Assembly (NCBI GenBank): GCA_041746255.1 | Contig: JBGTHM010000019.1 | Coordinates: forward strand, 64,001-128,000 | DNA: 64,000 nucleotides | Direction: 5' to 3' | DNA from: Fibrobacteria bacterium | GTDB taxonomy: Bacteria > Fibrobacterota > Fibrobacteria > UBA11236 | In this document: positions 10,646 to 20,576 of the stretch, in pieces | Layout of the letters: each line of letters opens with the position of its first letter | How positions within the stretch are numbered: the first letter of the stretch is position 1 | Position numbers and translations under genes: made by a program | The notes under the pieces: generated by a model | Databases searched by the model: none | The model's input: only the letters and a program-made list of their open reading frames with translations | What the model was told of the DNA's origin: nothing

Positions 10646-11470
10646 ATGATTATATCGGAACATTCCATTCAGGATTTCTCCACCCAAATCGCCGCTCGAT
10701 TTAGCAGGGAGGCAAAGGCCTTAAGTGAATTTTGGAATAATTCTAAGCCGGTGCGTCATCTGGTTATCGATGACCTTCTGCCGATAGAATGGGCGAAAAA
10801 AATTGCTGCGAGCTTTCCGAAAATGGACCAACTCCGGCGCTATGAGAGTCGGAAGGAATATAAAGGCGTTGGAGTGGCGATGGATGAATATGCGCCTATC
10901 TTGAAAGCGATCACTTTTGCCTTTCAGGATCCGAAGGTCCTTGATGCGGTTATGGAGGTTACACAAATCGGTCGTTTACAGGCGGATGCCAATCTCTATA
11001 GCAGTGGGCTTAGCGCCATGGGGGAGGGCGATTTTCTTAATCCACATATTGACAACTCAGGCAACCCTTTGTTGCAACAATATCGCCGGATAAACGCGCT
11101 TTATTATGTAACGCCTGAGTGGAATCCCGATTGGGGAGGAAGTTTGGAGCTTTGGGATGCGAATCGTTCCAATCCAATCGTACTTCCAGCCCGATTCAAT
11201 CGACTCATTCTCATGAATACCAACCGTACATCGTTCCATTCCGTGAGCGCCATTAGGAGTTGCCAGGGTAAGACCCGGAATTGTGTCTCAAATTATTATT
11301 TCTCGCCGGAGTCGCCCGAAGGATACGAGTATTTCCATGTAACCTCGTTCCGTGGCCGACCGGAGCAACCGCTTCTCGATTCATGGCTTAGGATGGATGC
11401 AAGTGTACGGGGATTATATCGGCGCTTTTTCCCTCGTAAAGCGGAAGCTATCAAGCATAAATACCAATAA
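10646..11470 (+). CDS. 2OG-Fe(II) oxygenase (prolyl hydroxylase-like)
   Basis: HxD (PHIDN), WGGSLELWD, RFNRL, SFHSV and a distal Arg. Confidence 0.85.
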   Translation: MIISEHSIQDFSTQIAARFSREAKALSEFWNNSKPVRHLVIDDLLPIEWAKKIAASFPKMDQLRRYESRKEYKGVGVAMDEYAPILKAITFAFQDPKVLDAVMEVTQIGRLQADANLYSSGLSAMGEGDFLNPHIDNSGNPLLQQYRRINALYYVTPEWNPDWGGSLELWDANRSNPIVLPARFNRLILMNTNRTSFHSVSAIRSCQGKTRNCVSNYYFSPESPEGYEYFHVTSFRGRPEQPLLDSWLRMDASVRGLYRRFFPRKAEAIKHKYQ

Positions 11471-11555
11471 CCGCCAATTTGTATTCAAAATACGTCCTTT
11501 ATTTATCCCGATTGAAAAGTTGTCTTCGGAAGCGACGACACTGATCCGGATGGGA

Positions 11556-13196
11556 TTATTCCACCGGACTTTTGAATCGTCCCAAGGCATCCATAAACCT
11601 TTGGCCGAAATCGGAATTCGGGTTTTGGAAATGCGGCGAGGCAAAGTGCCCATGGGAGCGGGGAGAGAGAACAGCGGACATGGGGCCTCGAAGCGAGGCA
11701 GGGGGCGACGGCGCCGGTATGGATGTCCATTCTCCGGATGCCCATTTGAGAAGGCGGTTGTCGCGCGTGCCGAACCAATAGTTTCCTATTGCGTCGCGCG
11801 TTACGGATGTTATGGAGCCTTCCGGTGAGGAAAAAGTCTGCCAGTCGTCTTTCCCATCGAAGCGAACCAGACCTTTGTCCGTGGCTATCCAGAACAGCTT
11901 TTCGGCAGCATCGAAATACACACTCCAAATTTTATTGCTGGGCAGCGGCGAATTTGCATGATGGTAGGACTGTACATGGCTTAACGAGCTATCCCGACGC
12001 ATTAGCGTCAGCCCTTGCCTGGAGAAAATCTCCTCGCATTCGTAATAAATTCCAAACTCCATGCCAAAGGAGCCCGCCAGAACCGTGCCGTCCATGCCGA
12101 ATGCCAGCCCGCTAACCGAACCCAGGTTGAGTTGATCCACGGGGAAAAAATGCCATTGGTTTTGGAAATAGTAACCGAAGTTACTAAGGGATCCCACCCA
12201 TAGGGCTCCATCCGGTGCGGCCTCCAGAAAAATCGGCAGCGTCCAATCCGGTTTTGGGTCGCCGAGAGGGTGCGCGATGGCGGAATCACCGAAGCCCTCG
12301 ACCAGCCCGCTTTCATGCGAAAAAGTCCAGATTTCCCCATTGGCGTCCGTAGTGAATAATTCGGTGGAAGGGAGCGGCGATGTGAACCCACTATTCGCCG
12401 AATACACCTTTCTCTGGACTTCGACCCAGGTGTTATCATGGGAAAACCCGATGCGGGTGGCACGTTTATCACCATTCCATGTGAGTAGCTGGGGGTGGAC
12501 TTTCCAATTCCCCTTGTCGAGCTGCGCCAGTCCGCCATGAAAGGAGCCTATCCAAATATTTCCGGCGGGATCAGCTGCTACGGTCCGGATATCCTTGAAA
12601 GCATCAGACCGCCAGTCGGGATTTTTCTCCGGACAGTATGCTGGCTGTATCATCGCGCACTCGTCCAGGGTCAGGCCGTATTGGTTCGCCCAGGCGGAAA
12701 GCTCCGGCCAATCGATTTCAGGAATGTAGGCCAAGTTGTTCCAGTCTCGAATGGCCATGGCCAAATCCCTCCGGCCGGAGCGGATGAGCAGGTAGCCCAC
12801 GGCACAGGGAATGTCTTGAGCATCCATGAAAATAGGCCCGGTGTTTTTGCGCTGGCCGATGTTGCGCGGGAACTGCCCTTGCTCTCGGTATTCATCGAGC
12901 CACTGCAGGATTTGCGCACGGTTCGCCTGTTGCGATGCAGTCAGGGATTTATTCCCGCCGACCGACAGTGTTTCCTGAACCTGTGCCAAATGCTTGCGTA
13001 TCCGCAATTTCTCGGGAAGCGTAAAGTCGGCCTCCCTTTCATAAAGACTTCGGGTGACTGTTGGTTGGCAAGCGCAGGCTTGGGAAGGGATCCCTGATCC
13101 CGAAGTAAAAGCGGCGGATAGGGGTTGGGCCACAAAGCCCAGGATACCCATGAAACACAGACGAGGAATCCAGTATTCCCATTGGCCTACAGACAT
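11556..13196 (-). CDS. Secreted protein: helical N-terminal domain, beta-propeller repeats and C-terminal DALGR tail
   Basis: Signal-peptide-like N-terminus; PIFMD...PCAVGYL domain; DPAGNIWIGS, DANGEIW, PDGALWVG, NSPLPSNKI and DAIGNYWFGT propeller repeats. Confidence 0.7.
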   Translation of the reverse strand: MSVGQWEYWIPRLCFMGILGFVAQPLSAAFTSGSGIPSQACACQPTVTRSLYEREADFTLPEKLRIRKHLAQVQETLSVGGNKSLTASQQANRAQILQWLDEYREQGQFPRNIGQRKNTGPIFMDAQDIPCAVGYLLIRSGRRDLAMAIRDWNNLAYIPEIDWPELSAWANQYGLTLDECAMIQPAYCPEKNPDWRSDAFKDIRTVAADPAGNIWIGSFHGGLAQLDKGNWKVHPQLLTWNGDKRATRIGFSHDNTWVEVQRKVYSANSGFTSPLPSTELFTTDANGEIWTFSHESGLVEGFGDSAIAHPLGDPKPDWTLPIFLEAAPDGALWVGSLSNFGYYFQNQWHFFPVDQLNLGSVSGLAFGMDGTVLAGSFGMEFGIYYECEEIFSRQGLTLMRRDSSLSHVQSYHHANSPLPSNKIWSVYFDAAEKLFWIATDKGLVRFDGKDDWQTFSSPEGSITSVTRDAIGNYWFGTRDNRLLKWASGEWTSIPAPSPPASLRGPMSAVLSPRSHGHFASPHFQNPNSDFGQRFMDALGRFKSPVE

Positions 13197-13326
13197 AGTT
13201 CCTCCTCCGCTATGATTGATTATGCGGCTCGGGCAGTAGAGACTCCATTAATAGTAGGTAAAGATTCCAATTTGTGCTGGAAGTAATGTATCGCCCGAGA
13301 ATGGAGCGAAATCCGGAAAAAATCCG

Positions 13327-13641
13327 TCAGGGTATCGGCAGGGAAGCGGTTTTCAACGACTCCAGAGAGCTGTACACCTTCATCCAGGCATGGTTATCCA
13401 TATCGCTCACATACAGGCTCATCACCGCGCCCAGCAACATCATATAAACCAGGCGCTTATTCCTATTTATGGAAGTTCTCAACACGGGCACTGGCCGACT
13501 CCCGCCCCTCTCTACGAAAATGGTTTGGGGCATTTTGCGCACCACCCGGCCCCGGCTTTGGTTGCGGGCCAATTTCCGGGACATTTTGCGCAGCTTGGCG
13601 ATGCGCATGGCGTTTTCTTCACTGTTTTCGTGTAGGTACAT
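13327..13641 (-). CDS. Hypothetical basic membrane protein
   Basis: 104 aa ORF filling the gap; Arg/Lys-rich N-terminus and one hydrophobic segment; start uncertain. Confidence 0.5.
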   Translation of the reverse strand: MYLHENSEENAMRIAKLRKMSRKLARNQSRGRVVRKMPQTIFVERGGSRPVPVLRTSINRNKRLVYMMLLGAVMSLYVSDMDNHAWMKVYSSLESLKTASLPIP

Positions 13642-13763
13642 GGTGTTTTGGCTTTGGGGTGAATTGGCTACATTTCTCCGATGAATTGATTCTAGCGCCG
13701 AGGGAAGGTGAAGTCAATGTCGGGAAAACCTTGAGGCGCTTGAGAAATGACTCAAAAAAGGGG

Positions 13764-13792
13764 TTGAGACACCCCTAAACATACCGTATAAG
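13764..13792 (+). promoter_or_regulatory. Sigma70-like promoter of the sulfite/nitrite reductase
   Basis: TTGAGA (13764-13769), 17 bp spacer, TATAAG (13787-13792). Confidence 0.5.
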
Positions 13793-13800
13793 TAGGATTA
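13776..13800. promoter_or_regulatory. 25-bp dyad operator box 1 (Rrf2/IscR/CymR-like geometry)
   Basis: TAAACATAC-N7-GTAGGATTA; 14 of 25 positions are symmetric; overlaps the -10 element. Confidence 0.55.
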
Positions 13801-13895
13801 ACTGGGGAGGTTAAAGGGTCCCCAAAGCGTTGTTTCCCCTGTTTAAATAGCGGTAAGTTGTTATCTTCCTGAATCTGTCTGCGAATAAAAGGTTT

Positions 13896-13920
13896 GTAAC
13901 CTACAAGGATAATAGGATTA
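13896..13920. promoter_or_regulatory. 25-bp dyad operator box 2
   Basis: GTAACCTAC-N7-ATAGGATTA, a second copy overlapping the RBS and start codon. Confidence 0.5.
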
Positions 13921-16235
13921 TGGAGCAGCTCGACATCGTGACTTCCGAAAGCGCCCGTCTGTGGAAAAGCCGTCTGACGGGGAAAATGCCTGCGGATTGG
14001 GAAAAGGATATCGATAATTTCGAAACCGACATCCTGCTCAAAAAGAAGGGCAAGATGGAGGACAAGCTTTTCGCCGAAACGCGGCTGCGCATGGGAGCGT
14101 ATGGCCAGCGTTACGACAATGCCCGTCGTCACGATGGAAAAACCGATAGGGCCATTCCCTTCAATGCCATGACCAAGGGCCCGGGTACCTCTTGGGATGC
14201 TCCGGGCATGGAGCGCATCAAGCTGCCCTGGGGCGGCTTTACCACCGAGCAGCTCGAAGTCATGGCCGACCTGGCGGAAGAATACAGCGACAGTATCTTG
14301 CATGTTACTACCCGTCAAGACATCCAGTTGCATTATGTGCATATCGAAAACACGCCCTCCATGTTCCGTCGCCTCGCCGCCGTGGGAATCACCACCCGCG
14401 AAGCTTGCGGCAATTCCGTCCGTAACGTCACCGCCTGCCCTCTGACCGGGGTATGCCGCGACCAGGCTTTCGACGTCACCCCCTATGCCGACGCCGTGTT
14501 CCGCTTCTTGCTGGGACATCCCGACGTGCAGGATTTCGGACGCAAATTCAAAATCGCCCTGTCCGGTTGTAAAACCAACCCCTGCGGTTTGACCAATATC
14601 CACGACCTAGGCCTTATCGCGGCCACGCGCGTTGAGAACGGCCAAGTGCGCCGCGGATTCGAGTTCTACGTGGGCGGTGGATTGGGCGCCGTGACCTATA
14701 GCGCCAAATTGTTCAGCGATTTCGTTCCCGAAGAAGAAGTACTTCCCTTGTCGCAGGCGGTTTGCCGCGTTTACGCGCGCCTGGGCGAAAAGAAAAAGCG
14801 TCACCGTTCCCGCATCAAGTTTCTGGTGGCCGATATGGGCATCGAGAAATTCCGGGAGGCGGTTTTGGAAGAGCGGGCCAAGCTCCCTTCCGATCCGCGC
14901 TGGACGGAATTTTTGGCGACCCTGGATAAATTCGAAGAAGCGCCTTTGAAACCGGAGGGGAAAACCGTTTCTCCGGTCGCCGACGAAGCTTTCGATTTCT
15001 GGAAAAAGACCAACGTTTATCAACAAAGGCAGCCGGGTTACGTAGTCGTTACCGTAACCTGCCCGCTCGGAGATATCACTTCCAACCAGGCGCGCGGCCT
15101 AGCCGACATCGCCCGCAAATACGTGAAAGATACCCTGCGCACCACCGTGGAACAGAATTTGGTTCTCCGTTGGGTTAGCGAAGCCGATTTATACAACCTT
15201 TATCTCGACTTGAAAAAAGTCAATCTCGCGGAACCCGGCGCCGAGTCGATTCTCGACGTGACGGCTTGCCCCGGCACCGACACTTGCAAGCTGGGCATCT
15301 CCTCTTCGCGCGGTTTGGCCGGAGTGCTGCGGAACCGTTTGGCGGAAAAAGCCTATAGCATGGACGAGGCCGTACGTAACTTGCGTATCAAAGTTTCGGG
15401 ATGCTTCAACTCTTGCAGCCAACAGCATGTAGCGGACATCGGATTTTACGGCATCAGCCGTAACGTGGGCGGATATGTCGTTCCCCATTTTCAGATGGTG
15501 TTGGGCGGACAGTTCGCCAACAACGGCGCCAATTACGGCATCGCCGTGGGCGGCCTTCCCTCCAAGTCGATACCCGACGCGGTGGACAGGCTGACGGGGG
15601 TTTATTTGAAAGAACGCCAGAACGGCGAGAACTTCCGGAGCTATGTCGAGCGCGTGGGCAAATCCACATTGATGACCATGGTCAAGGATTTGACGACGGT
15701 TCCTCCTTATGAATCGGACAAATCCTTCTATGTGGATTGGGGCGATGTGCGCGAGTATTCCGTGCGTGATAAAGGCATCGGTGAATGCGCGGGCGAATTG
15801 GTGAGCCTCACCGAATTCGGCCTCAAAGCCGCCGACCGCGAAATTTTCGAAGCCCAGGTAATGCTGGATAAGGGTGAACCCGTGCAGGCCGCCGATTTGG
15901 CCTACCGGGCCATGGTGCTGGCCGCCCAGGGCTTAATCAAGTCTTACAATATCGATGCTACGGATGAACCCGAATGGGTGCAAAAGGAGTTTCGGGAAAA
16001 GTTCTACGATACCGAACTCTTCCATGATCCTTTCGCAGGCCCCAAATTCGCACAGTATTATTTTCACGCCCATGAAAAAAGGGGAGCGAAAGTCGACAGT
16101 GAAGAGGCGGATAGACGGGTACAGGAGGCGGGCCTTTTCATCGAAGCCGCGCATAGCTGCTATTTGCGCATGGAAAAAGCCAAAGGCCAGAAGGACAACC
16201 TGCTTTCAAAGGCCCCCGAAGGGGAGAAAGCCTAG
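13920..16235 (+). CDS. Siroheme/[4Fe-4S] nitrite/sulfite reductase with C-terminal extension
   Basis: HVTTRQDIQLH, CGNSVRNVTACP, RKFKIA and CPGTDTCKLG...SGCFNSC ligand motif. Confidence 0.92.
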   Translation: MEQLDIVTSESARLWKSRLTGKMPADWEKDIDNFETDILLKKKGKMEDKLFAETRLRMGAYGQRYDNARRHDGKTDRAIPFNAMTKGPGTSWDAPGMERIKLPWGGFTTEQLEVMADLAEEYSDSILHVTTRQDIQLHYVHIENTPSMFRRLAAVGITTREACGNSVRNVTACPLTGVCRDQAFDVTPYADAVFRFLLGHPDVQDFGRKFKIALSGCKTNPCGLTNIHDLGLIAATRVENGQVRRGFEFYVGGGLGAVTYSAKLFSDFVPEEEVLPLSQAVCRVYARLGEKKKRHRSRIKFLVADMGIEKFREAVLEERAKLPSDPRWTEFLATLDKFEEAPLKPEGKTVSPVADEAFDFWKKTNVYQQRQPGYVVVTVTCPLGDITSNQARGLADIARKYVKDTLRTTVEQNLVLRWVSEADLYNLYLDLKKVNLAEPGAESILDVTACPGTDTCKLGISSSRGLAGVLRNRLAEKAYSMDEAVRNLRIKVSGCFNSCSQQHVADIGFYGISRNVGGYVVPHFQMVLGGQFANNGANYGIAVGGLPSKSIPDAVDRLTGVYLKERQNGENFRSYVERVGKSTLMTMVKDLTTVPPYESDKSFYVDWGDVREYSVRDKGIGECAGELVSLTEFGLKAADREIFEAQVMLDKGEPVQAADLAYRAMVLAAQGLIKSYNIDATDEPEWVQKEFREKFYDTELFHDPFAGPKFAQYYFHAHEKRGAKVDSEEADRRVQEAGLFIEAAHSCYLRMEKAKGQKDNLLSKAPEGEKA

Positions 16236-16278
16236 CATTTTACCGGGGGATGTTCTCCGGTACAAGGGATAGAGAAAA

Positions 16279-16872
16279 ATGGTGGACATGCTCATCGAAA
16301 ACATCAATTGGAAAATCTTCCTGGAAAACCCGAAAGCCGCGAGCCCCGAGCATTTGTTCCGGGTATTCAATGGCTGGATCCCCGACAGCCCGGAAATCTT
16401 TATCGACGTGGCCGATTACCAGCATGTCGGCGACGGCCCCCTGGTGTTGCTTTCCGGCCATTATGTGAATTATGTGCTGGATTCCATGGAAGGCGACTTG
16501 GGACTGCTTTACGATAGACGCCAACCTTATGAGGCGTCCTTGAATACCGTCGAGCGGCTTAGGGATTCGTTGCGGGATACGCTGTTGGCCGCCAAGCGCT
16601 TGGCGGACGACGCATCCTTCCAGGAAAAGCTACGGTTTTCCACCGGTACACTTCGTCTGATTCTGAACAACCGCGCCCTTACGCCCAATACTCCGGAAAC
16701 ATTCGCGGCTTTACAGCCGCATCTGAATCAGGCGCTGGAAACCGTATTTGGGCCGGGTGGGTTTTCCCTCGAGTACAGTCAGGGAGATGCGCGTCGCCGT
16801 CTTACCGTCACGGTTAAATCCAAAAGCGCCCCCTCGCTGGAAAAGGCCATAGCCGCACTTCCGGCAAAATAG
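16279..16872 (+). CDS. Hypothetical protein, likely co-transcribed with the reductase
   Basis: 197 aa; IDVADYQHVGDGP motif; 43 bp after the reductase. Confidence 0.7.
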   Translation: MVDMLIENINWKIFLENPKAASPEHLFRVFNGWIPDSPEIFIDVADYQHVGDGPLVLLSGHYVNYVLDSMEGDLGLLYDRRQPYEASLNTVERLRDSLRDTLLAAKRLADDASFQEKLRFSTGTLRLILNNRALTPNTPETFAALQPHLNQALETVFGPGGFSLEYSQGDARRRLTVTVKSKSAPSLEKAIAALPAK

Positions 16873-17015
16873 CGTCACGGTTAAACCGACAATTAAAGAA
16901 ATTCAAGATTCTTCTTTTTCCGGAATATATATTTAGACCGGTCCAGCCTGAGACTTTTCCAAACGGCTATCCTGCCTTTAGGAAACAGGAAGACATTCGT
17001 GAAAAAGGAAGTTTT

Positions 17016-17339
17016 ATGAATATCTATGTCAGCAATCTCCCCTACCAAACCACCGATGATGAATTGATGCGGACTTTCCAGTCCTTTGGTGAAGTCAATT
17101 CGGCCCGGGTAATCAAGGATAAGATATCCGGCCGATCGCGTGGCTTCGGGTTCGTCGAAATGGCGAATGAAAGCGAAGCGCAAGCAGCGCTCGACAGCGT
17201 CAATGAAATGGAATTGGATGGTCGCAAATTAAACGCCCGCGAGGCGAGACCCCGTTCCGAAGAAGCGGGTTTTCGCAACGACTCTTCTCCCAAAAGAGAA
17301 GGTCGACCTTCGCGGGACGCCATCCGCTCGAATTACTAA
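17016..17339 (+). CDS. RRM-domain RNA-binding protein
   Basis: RNP2 IYVSNL and RNP1 RGFGFVEM. Confidence 0.95.
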   Translation: MNIYVSNLPYQTTDDELMRTFQSFGEVNSARVIKDKISGRSRGFGFVEMANESEAQAALDSVNEMELDGRKLNAREARPRSEEAGFRNDSSPKREGRPSRDAIRSNY

Positions 17340-17422
17340 AGCGAATGGGTTGATTACGGGCTTTGGGGTTCGGTCGCATTGGCCGGAGAGCTCATTTCAT
17401 TTACCTTTGAGGGCAATTCACC

Positions 17423-18583
17423 ATGCCCGATAATTCCAATAATGCCGCATTTTTCGTCTCCTGTCCTCGCAATTTGGAGACAATGCTGGTGGAGGAGTTC
17501 CATGAGCTGGGGCTGCCTAAACCCGAATTGCGCCGACTGGGAGTCGCCGCTCGTCTGACCCAGGAACAGGTGTACCGGCTGGTCTATGGTTCGCGCCTGG
17601 CTTCGCGCGTTTTGCGCCCCATGGCCAGCTTTCCCTGCCGCACCCCAGAGGAGCTCTATGAGCGGGCGGTGGCATTGGAATGGCAGAAAATCATTCGACC
17701 GGATCTCACCTTTATGATCACGGCATCCGTTTCCGATTCCCACATCAGTCATAGCCAATATGCGGGGCTGAAACTCAAGGATGCCATCGTGGACGCGATG
17801 CGCGCGAAGATGGGGCGGCGCTCTTCGGTAAACCGCGACAACCCCGATGTGCGCATCGATTTAATGGTGAACGCCAATCGCGCCACCATTTCACTTTATT
17901 ATTCGGATGGCGTTATGCACAGGCGGGGTTATCGCAAACAGGCGGCCCCGGCGACGCTGAAAGAAAATTTGGCCGCAGCCGTAATTCGCTTCGCCGGTTG
18001 GAAAGGACAAGCGCCTTTATACGACCCTTTTTGCGGAAGCGGTACGATTCTCCTGGAAGCGGCCATGGTGTATACCCGCACTCCCGCGGGATTTTTCCGG
18101 GACAAACAGGGATTCGAAACCCTGCTCGATTTTTCGCCGGAACTTTGGGAGCAGGTTAAAAAAGCCAGGGACGCCGGTATTCGCCCCTTGCCGGAAGGCT
18201 TATTACATGGGTTCGATTTGGATGCCAAAGCCGTATCCGCCGCCACCACCAACTTGACCCTTACCCCGTATTTCAATTCGGTGCGAATATTGCAATCCGA
18301 CTATCGGGCGATTACGGGAGTTTTACCGGAAAGTTTTATTATCAGCAACCCTCCCTATGGCGAACGCATGGGACCGAAGGAAGAGAGTCAAAAAGCCTGG
18401 TTCTTTGAATCGTTAGGCCGGTTTATAAAAGAAAAAGCGCCGGCATCGCGAAGCGTCTTTCTCTTACCCGAAGAGAGATGGGCGAAAACCATGGGATTGC
18501 AAACAGGGAAAAAACTGATAATCGACAACGGACCACTTGAAATTTGTGTGCAGGAATTTTTGCCGTCACATAAGGAATCTTAA
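17423..18583 (+). CDS. THUMP-domain RNA methyltransferase (RlmL/UPF0020-like)
   Basis: HRRGYR, LKENLAAA, DPFCGSGTILLEAA and NPPYGER motifs. Confidence 0.92.
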   Translation: MPDNSNNAAFFVSCPRNLETMLVEEFHELGLPKPELRRLGVAARLTQEQVYRLVYGSRLASRVLRPMASFPCRTPEELYERAVALEWQKIIRPDLTFMITASVSDSHISHSQYAGLKLKDAIVDAMRAKMGRRSSVNRDNPDVRIDLMVNANRATISLYYSDGVMHRRGYRKQAAPATLKENLAAAVIRFAGWKGQAPLYDPFCGSGTILLEAAMVYTRTPAGFFRDKQGFETLLDFSPELWEQVKKARDAGIRPLPEGLLHGFDLDAKAVSAATTNLTLTPYFNSVRILQSDYRAITGVLPESFIISNPPYGERMGPKEESQKAWFFESLGRFIKEKAPASRSVFLLPEERWAKTMGLQTGKKLIIDNGPLEICVQEFLPSHKES

Positions 18584-18585
18584 AC

Positions 18586-19494
18586 ATGCATGTCCTTATT
18601 GCCGGAGGTACAGGCTTTATCGGTGCCCGGTTGGTCAAAGGCCTCTTGGAGGCCGGGCATGAAGTCTCGCTGGTGTCCCGCAGCGGCAAATCACGTTTTG
18701 ACGGGGTGAAGGTCCATAATTGGAATCCCACAGAGGGGAAAATGGATGCTTCGGCCCTGGACGGGGTCGACGCGGTGATAAACCTGGCGGGTGATAGTAT
18801 TGCGGGTGGTCCGTGGACCAGGGATAAGAAACGCTCCATCCGGGATTCGCGCGTCTTATCCACACGTTTATTGGTGGATGCCATCGCCCGGATCGAGAAG
18901 CGACCCCAAGTTTTTGTTTCCGCTTCGGGGGCAGGTTATTATGGCCATACCGGCGAGGTCTGGGTGGACGAGGAAAAGCCGCCGGGAAAGGATTTCTTAA
19001 GCGGGGTTTGCGCGGAGTGGGAGAACGAAGCGCGCCGCGCGGAAGCGCTCGGGTTACGCACGGTGCGTGTCCGTACCGGGCTGACTCTGGGCCAGGGGGG
19101 ATTTTTGTCTCCCCTGAAATGGCCATTTCGCATGGGATTGGGCGCAGTGTTGGGCAATGGCCGGCAATACATGAGCTGGATTCACATTGAGGACTTGGTC
19201 AACCTCTACCTGCATGTTCTCACCCACGAAACGCTAAGTGAAGCGGTGAACGCGGGAGCGCCCAATCCGGTCACCAATGCGGTTTTCAGTCGCACCCTGG
19301 CATCGACCCTGGGTAGACCCCTGTTTTTGCGGGTTCCCTCGCCCGCCATTCTAATCCTGGGGCGTAGCTTCGGGCGGGAATTACTGTTGACGGGCCAACG
19401 CATGAAGGTCGATAAAATCCTATCCACCGGCTTCACTTTCCATTATGATTATTTGGAAGACGCCCTTCGTGAAATTTTCACGTCCTCACTTTAG
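18586..19494 (+). CDS. TIGR01777 family NAD-dependent epimerase/oxidoreductase
   Basis: GGTGFIG, VINLAG and GNGRQYMSWIHIEDL motifs. Confidence 0.92.
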   Translation: MHVLIAGGTGFIGARLVKGLLEAGHEVSLVSRSGKSRFDGVKVHNWNPTEGKMDASALDGVDAVINLAGDSIAGGPWTRDKKRSIRDSRVLSTRLLVDAIARIEKRPQVFVSASGAGYYGHTGEVWVDEEKPPGKDFLSGVCAEWENEARRAEALGLRTVRVRTGLTLGQGGFLSPLKWPFRMGLGAVLGNGRQYMSWIHIEDLVNLYLHVLTHETLSEAVNAGAPNPVTNAVFSRTLASTLGRPLFLRVPSPAILILGRSFGRELLLTGQRMKVDKILSTGFTFHYDYLEDALREIFTSSL

Positions 19495-20407
19495 CCAGGC
19501 GCCGGTCACGGGTTGAATCGTCGCGCGGATCGAGATGGATATTAATCACCCAACGAGCGCTGCGTAATTTCCGAATCCGCATCTCGATTTCATCGGCAAC
19601 GCCATGGGCCTCTCCCAAGGTGATGTTCTCGTCGAAAACCAGATGGAATTCTACGAAATGGGTGTCGCCGGCCCGGCGGGTTTTGAGTTCATGCATGCCG
19701 GATATCAACGGACTGTGCGTCGAAGCGATGTCCCGGATTTTTTCGACCAATTCATTTTCCAATGACCGGTCCATGAGCATTTGTGTGCCTTTATGCACCA
19801 GCTTGGAGGCGGAGAATAGGATATACCCGGCAATCCCCAATGCTACCAAGGGATCCAGTAGCGTCCAGCCGGTAAAATAAATCAGAACCAGGGCAATCAG
19901 GATGCCGGCGTTGCTCAAAAGGTCGGTAGTGTAATGCAATGCGTCAGCTTCGATAATGAGACTTCCCGTTCGGGATTGAACGCTACGGAGATAAGTGACG
20001 AGCGCCAGCGTCACTAATACCGAAATCGCCATCACCGCCATGGCCCAGAATAAGGGAAATGCGGCGGGCTCGGGATGTAAAAATTTGTTGAACGCCTGGT
20101 AGCAGATGAAGAGAGCGGAGGCGATAATGAGGAGTCCCTCCAACGTGGAGGCGATTCCCTCGATTTTTCCCCGACCGTAATTGTATGCGTCGTCATTGGG
20201 TTTCGCGGCACTGATAATGGCAATCAGGTTGAACCCGGAGACCAGGAAGTCCAACATGGAATCCACAGCCGATGCCAACACGGAAACGGTTCCCGTCAGC
20301 CAGCCTACTGTCAACTTGATGGAAATCAGGAATAACGAGGTGCCGGCCGCCACCAGAATGGCCCGCCGTTTAAGGGCATGGTGCTGGGTGGTGGTCAATT
20401 CGCTCAT
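19478..20407 (-). CDS. Cation diffusion facilitator transporter (FieF-like)
   Basis: SAVDSMLD, YNYGRGKIE, ADALHYTTD and IHLDP motifs. Confidence 0.92.
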   Translation of the reverse strand: MSELTTTQHHALKRRAILVAAGTSLFLISIKLTVGWLTGTVSVLASAVDSMLDFLVSGFNLIAIISAAKPNDDAYNYGRGKIEGIASTLEGLLIIASALFICYQAFNKFLHPEPAAFPLFWAMAVMAISVLVTLALVTYLRSVQSRTGSLIIEADALHYTTDLLSNAGILIALVLIYFTGWTLLDPLVALGIAGYILFSASKLVHKGTQMLMDRSLENELVEKIRDIASTHSPLISGMHELKTRRAGDTHFVEFHLVFDENITLGEAHGVADEIEMRIRKLRSARWVINIHLDPRDDSTRDRRLAKVRT

Positions 20408-20576
20408 GATAAAGTTCGGCGTTCCCGTGAAGGCGCCGGAAGGGGTAAAAATAGTTCCTCGACGGAGTCAGCGAGAGGATTTTTCGTGCCCAATATAGCT
20501 TTAGAAGGCTATCATGAAAGGACTTTGAATTCCTCCCAACCGAAGCACCGGGTTAACCCTCGCGGAATCTTTTCGA

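Noticed and set aside
13752..14603. 283 aa antisense ORF
   Set aside because: Shadow of the reductase gene with no recognisable motifs.
16806..16885. 13-bp direct repeat CGTCACGGTTAAA (16806-16818 and 16873-16885)
   Set aside because: A single short pair with no mobile element; it could be a small duplication scar or chance.
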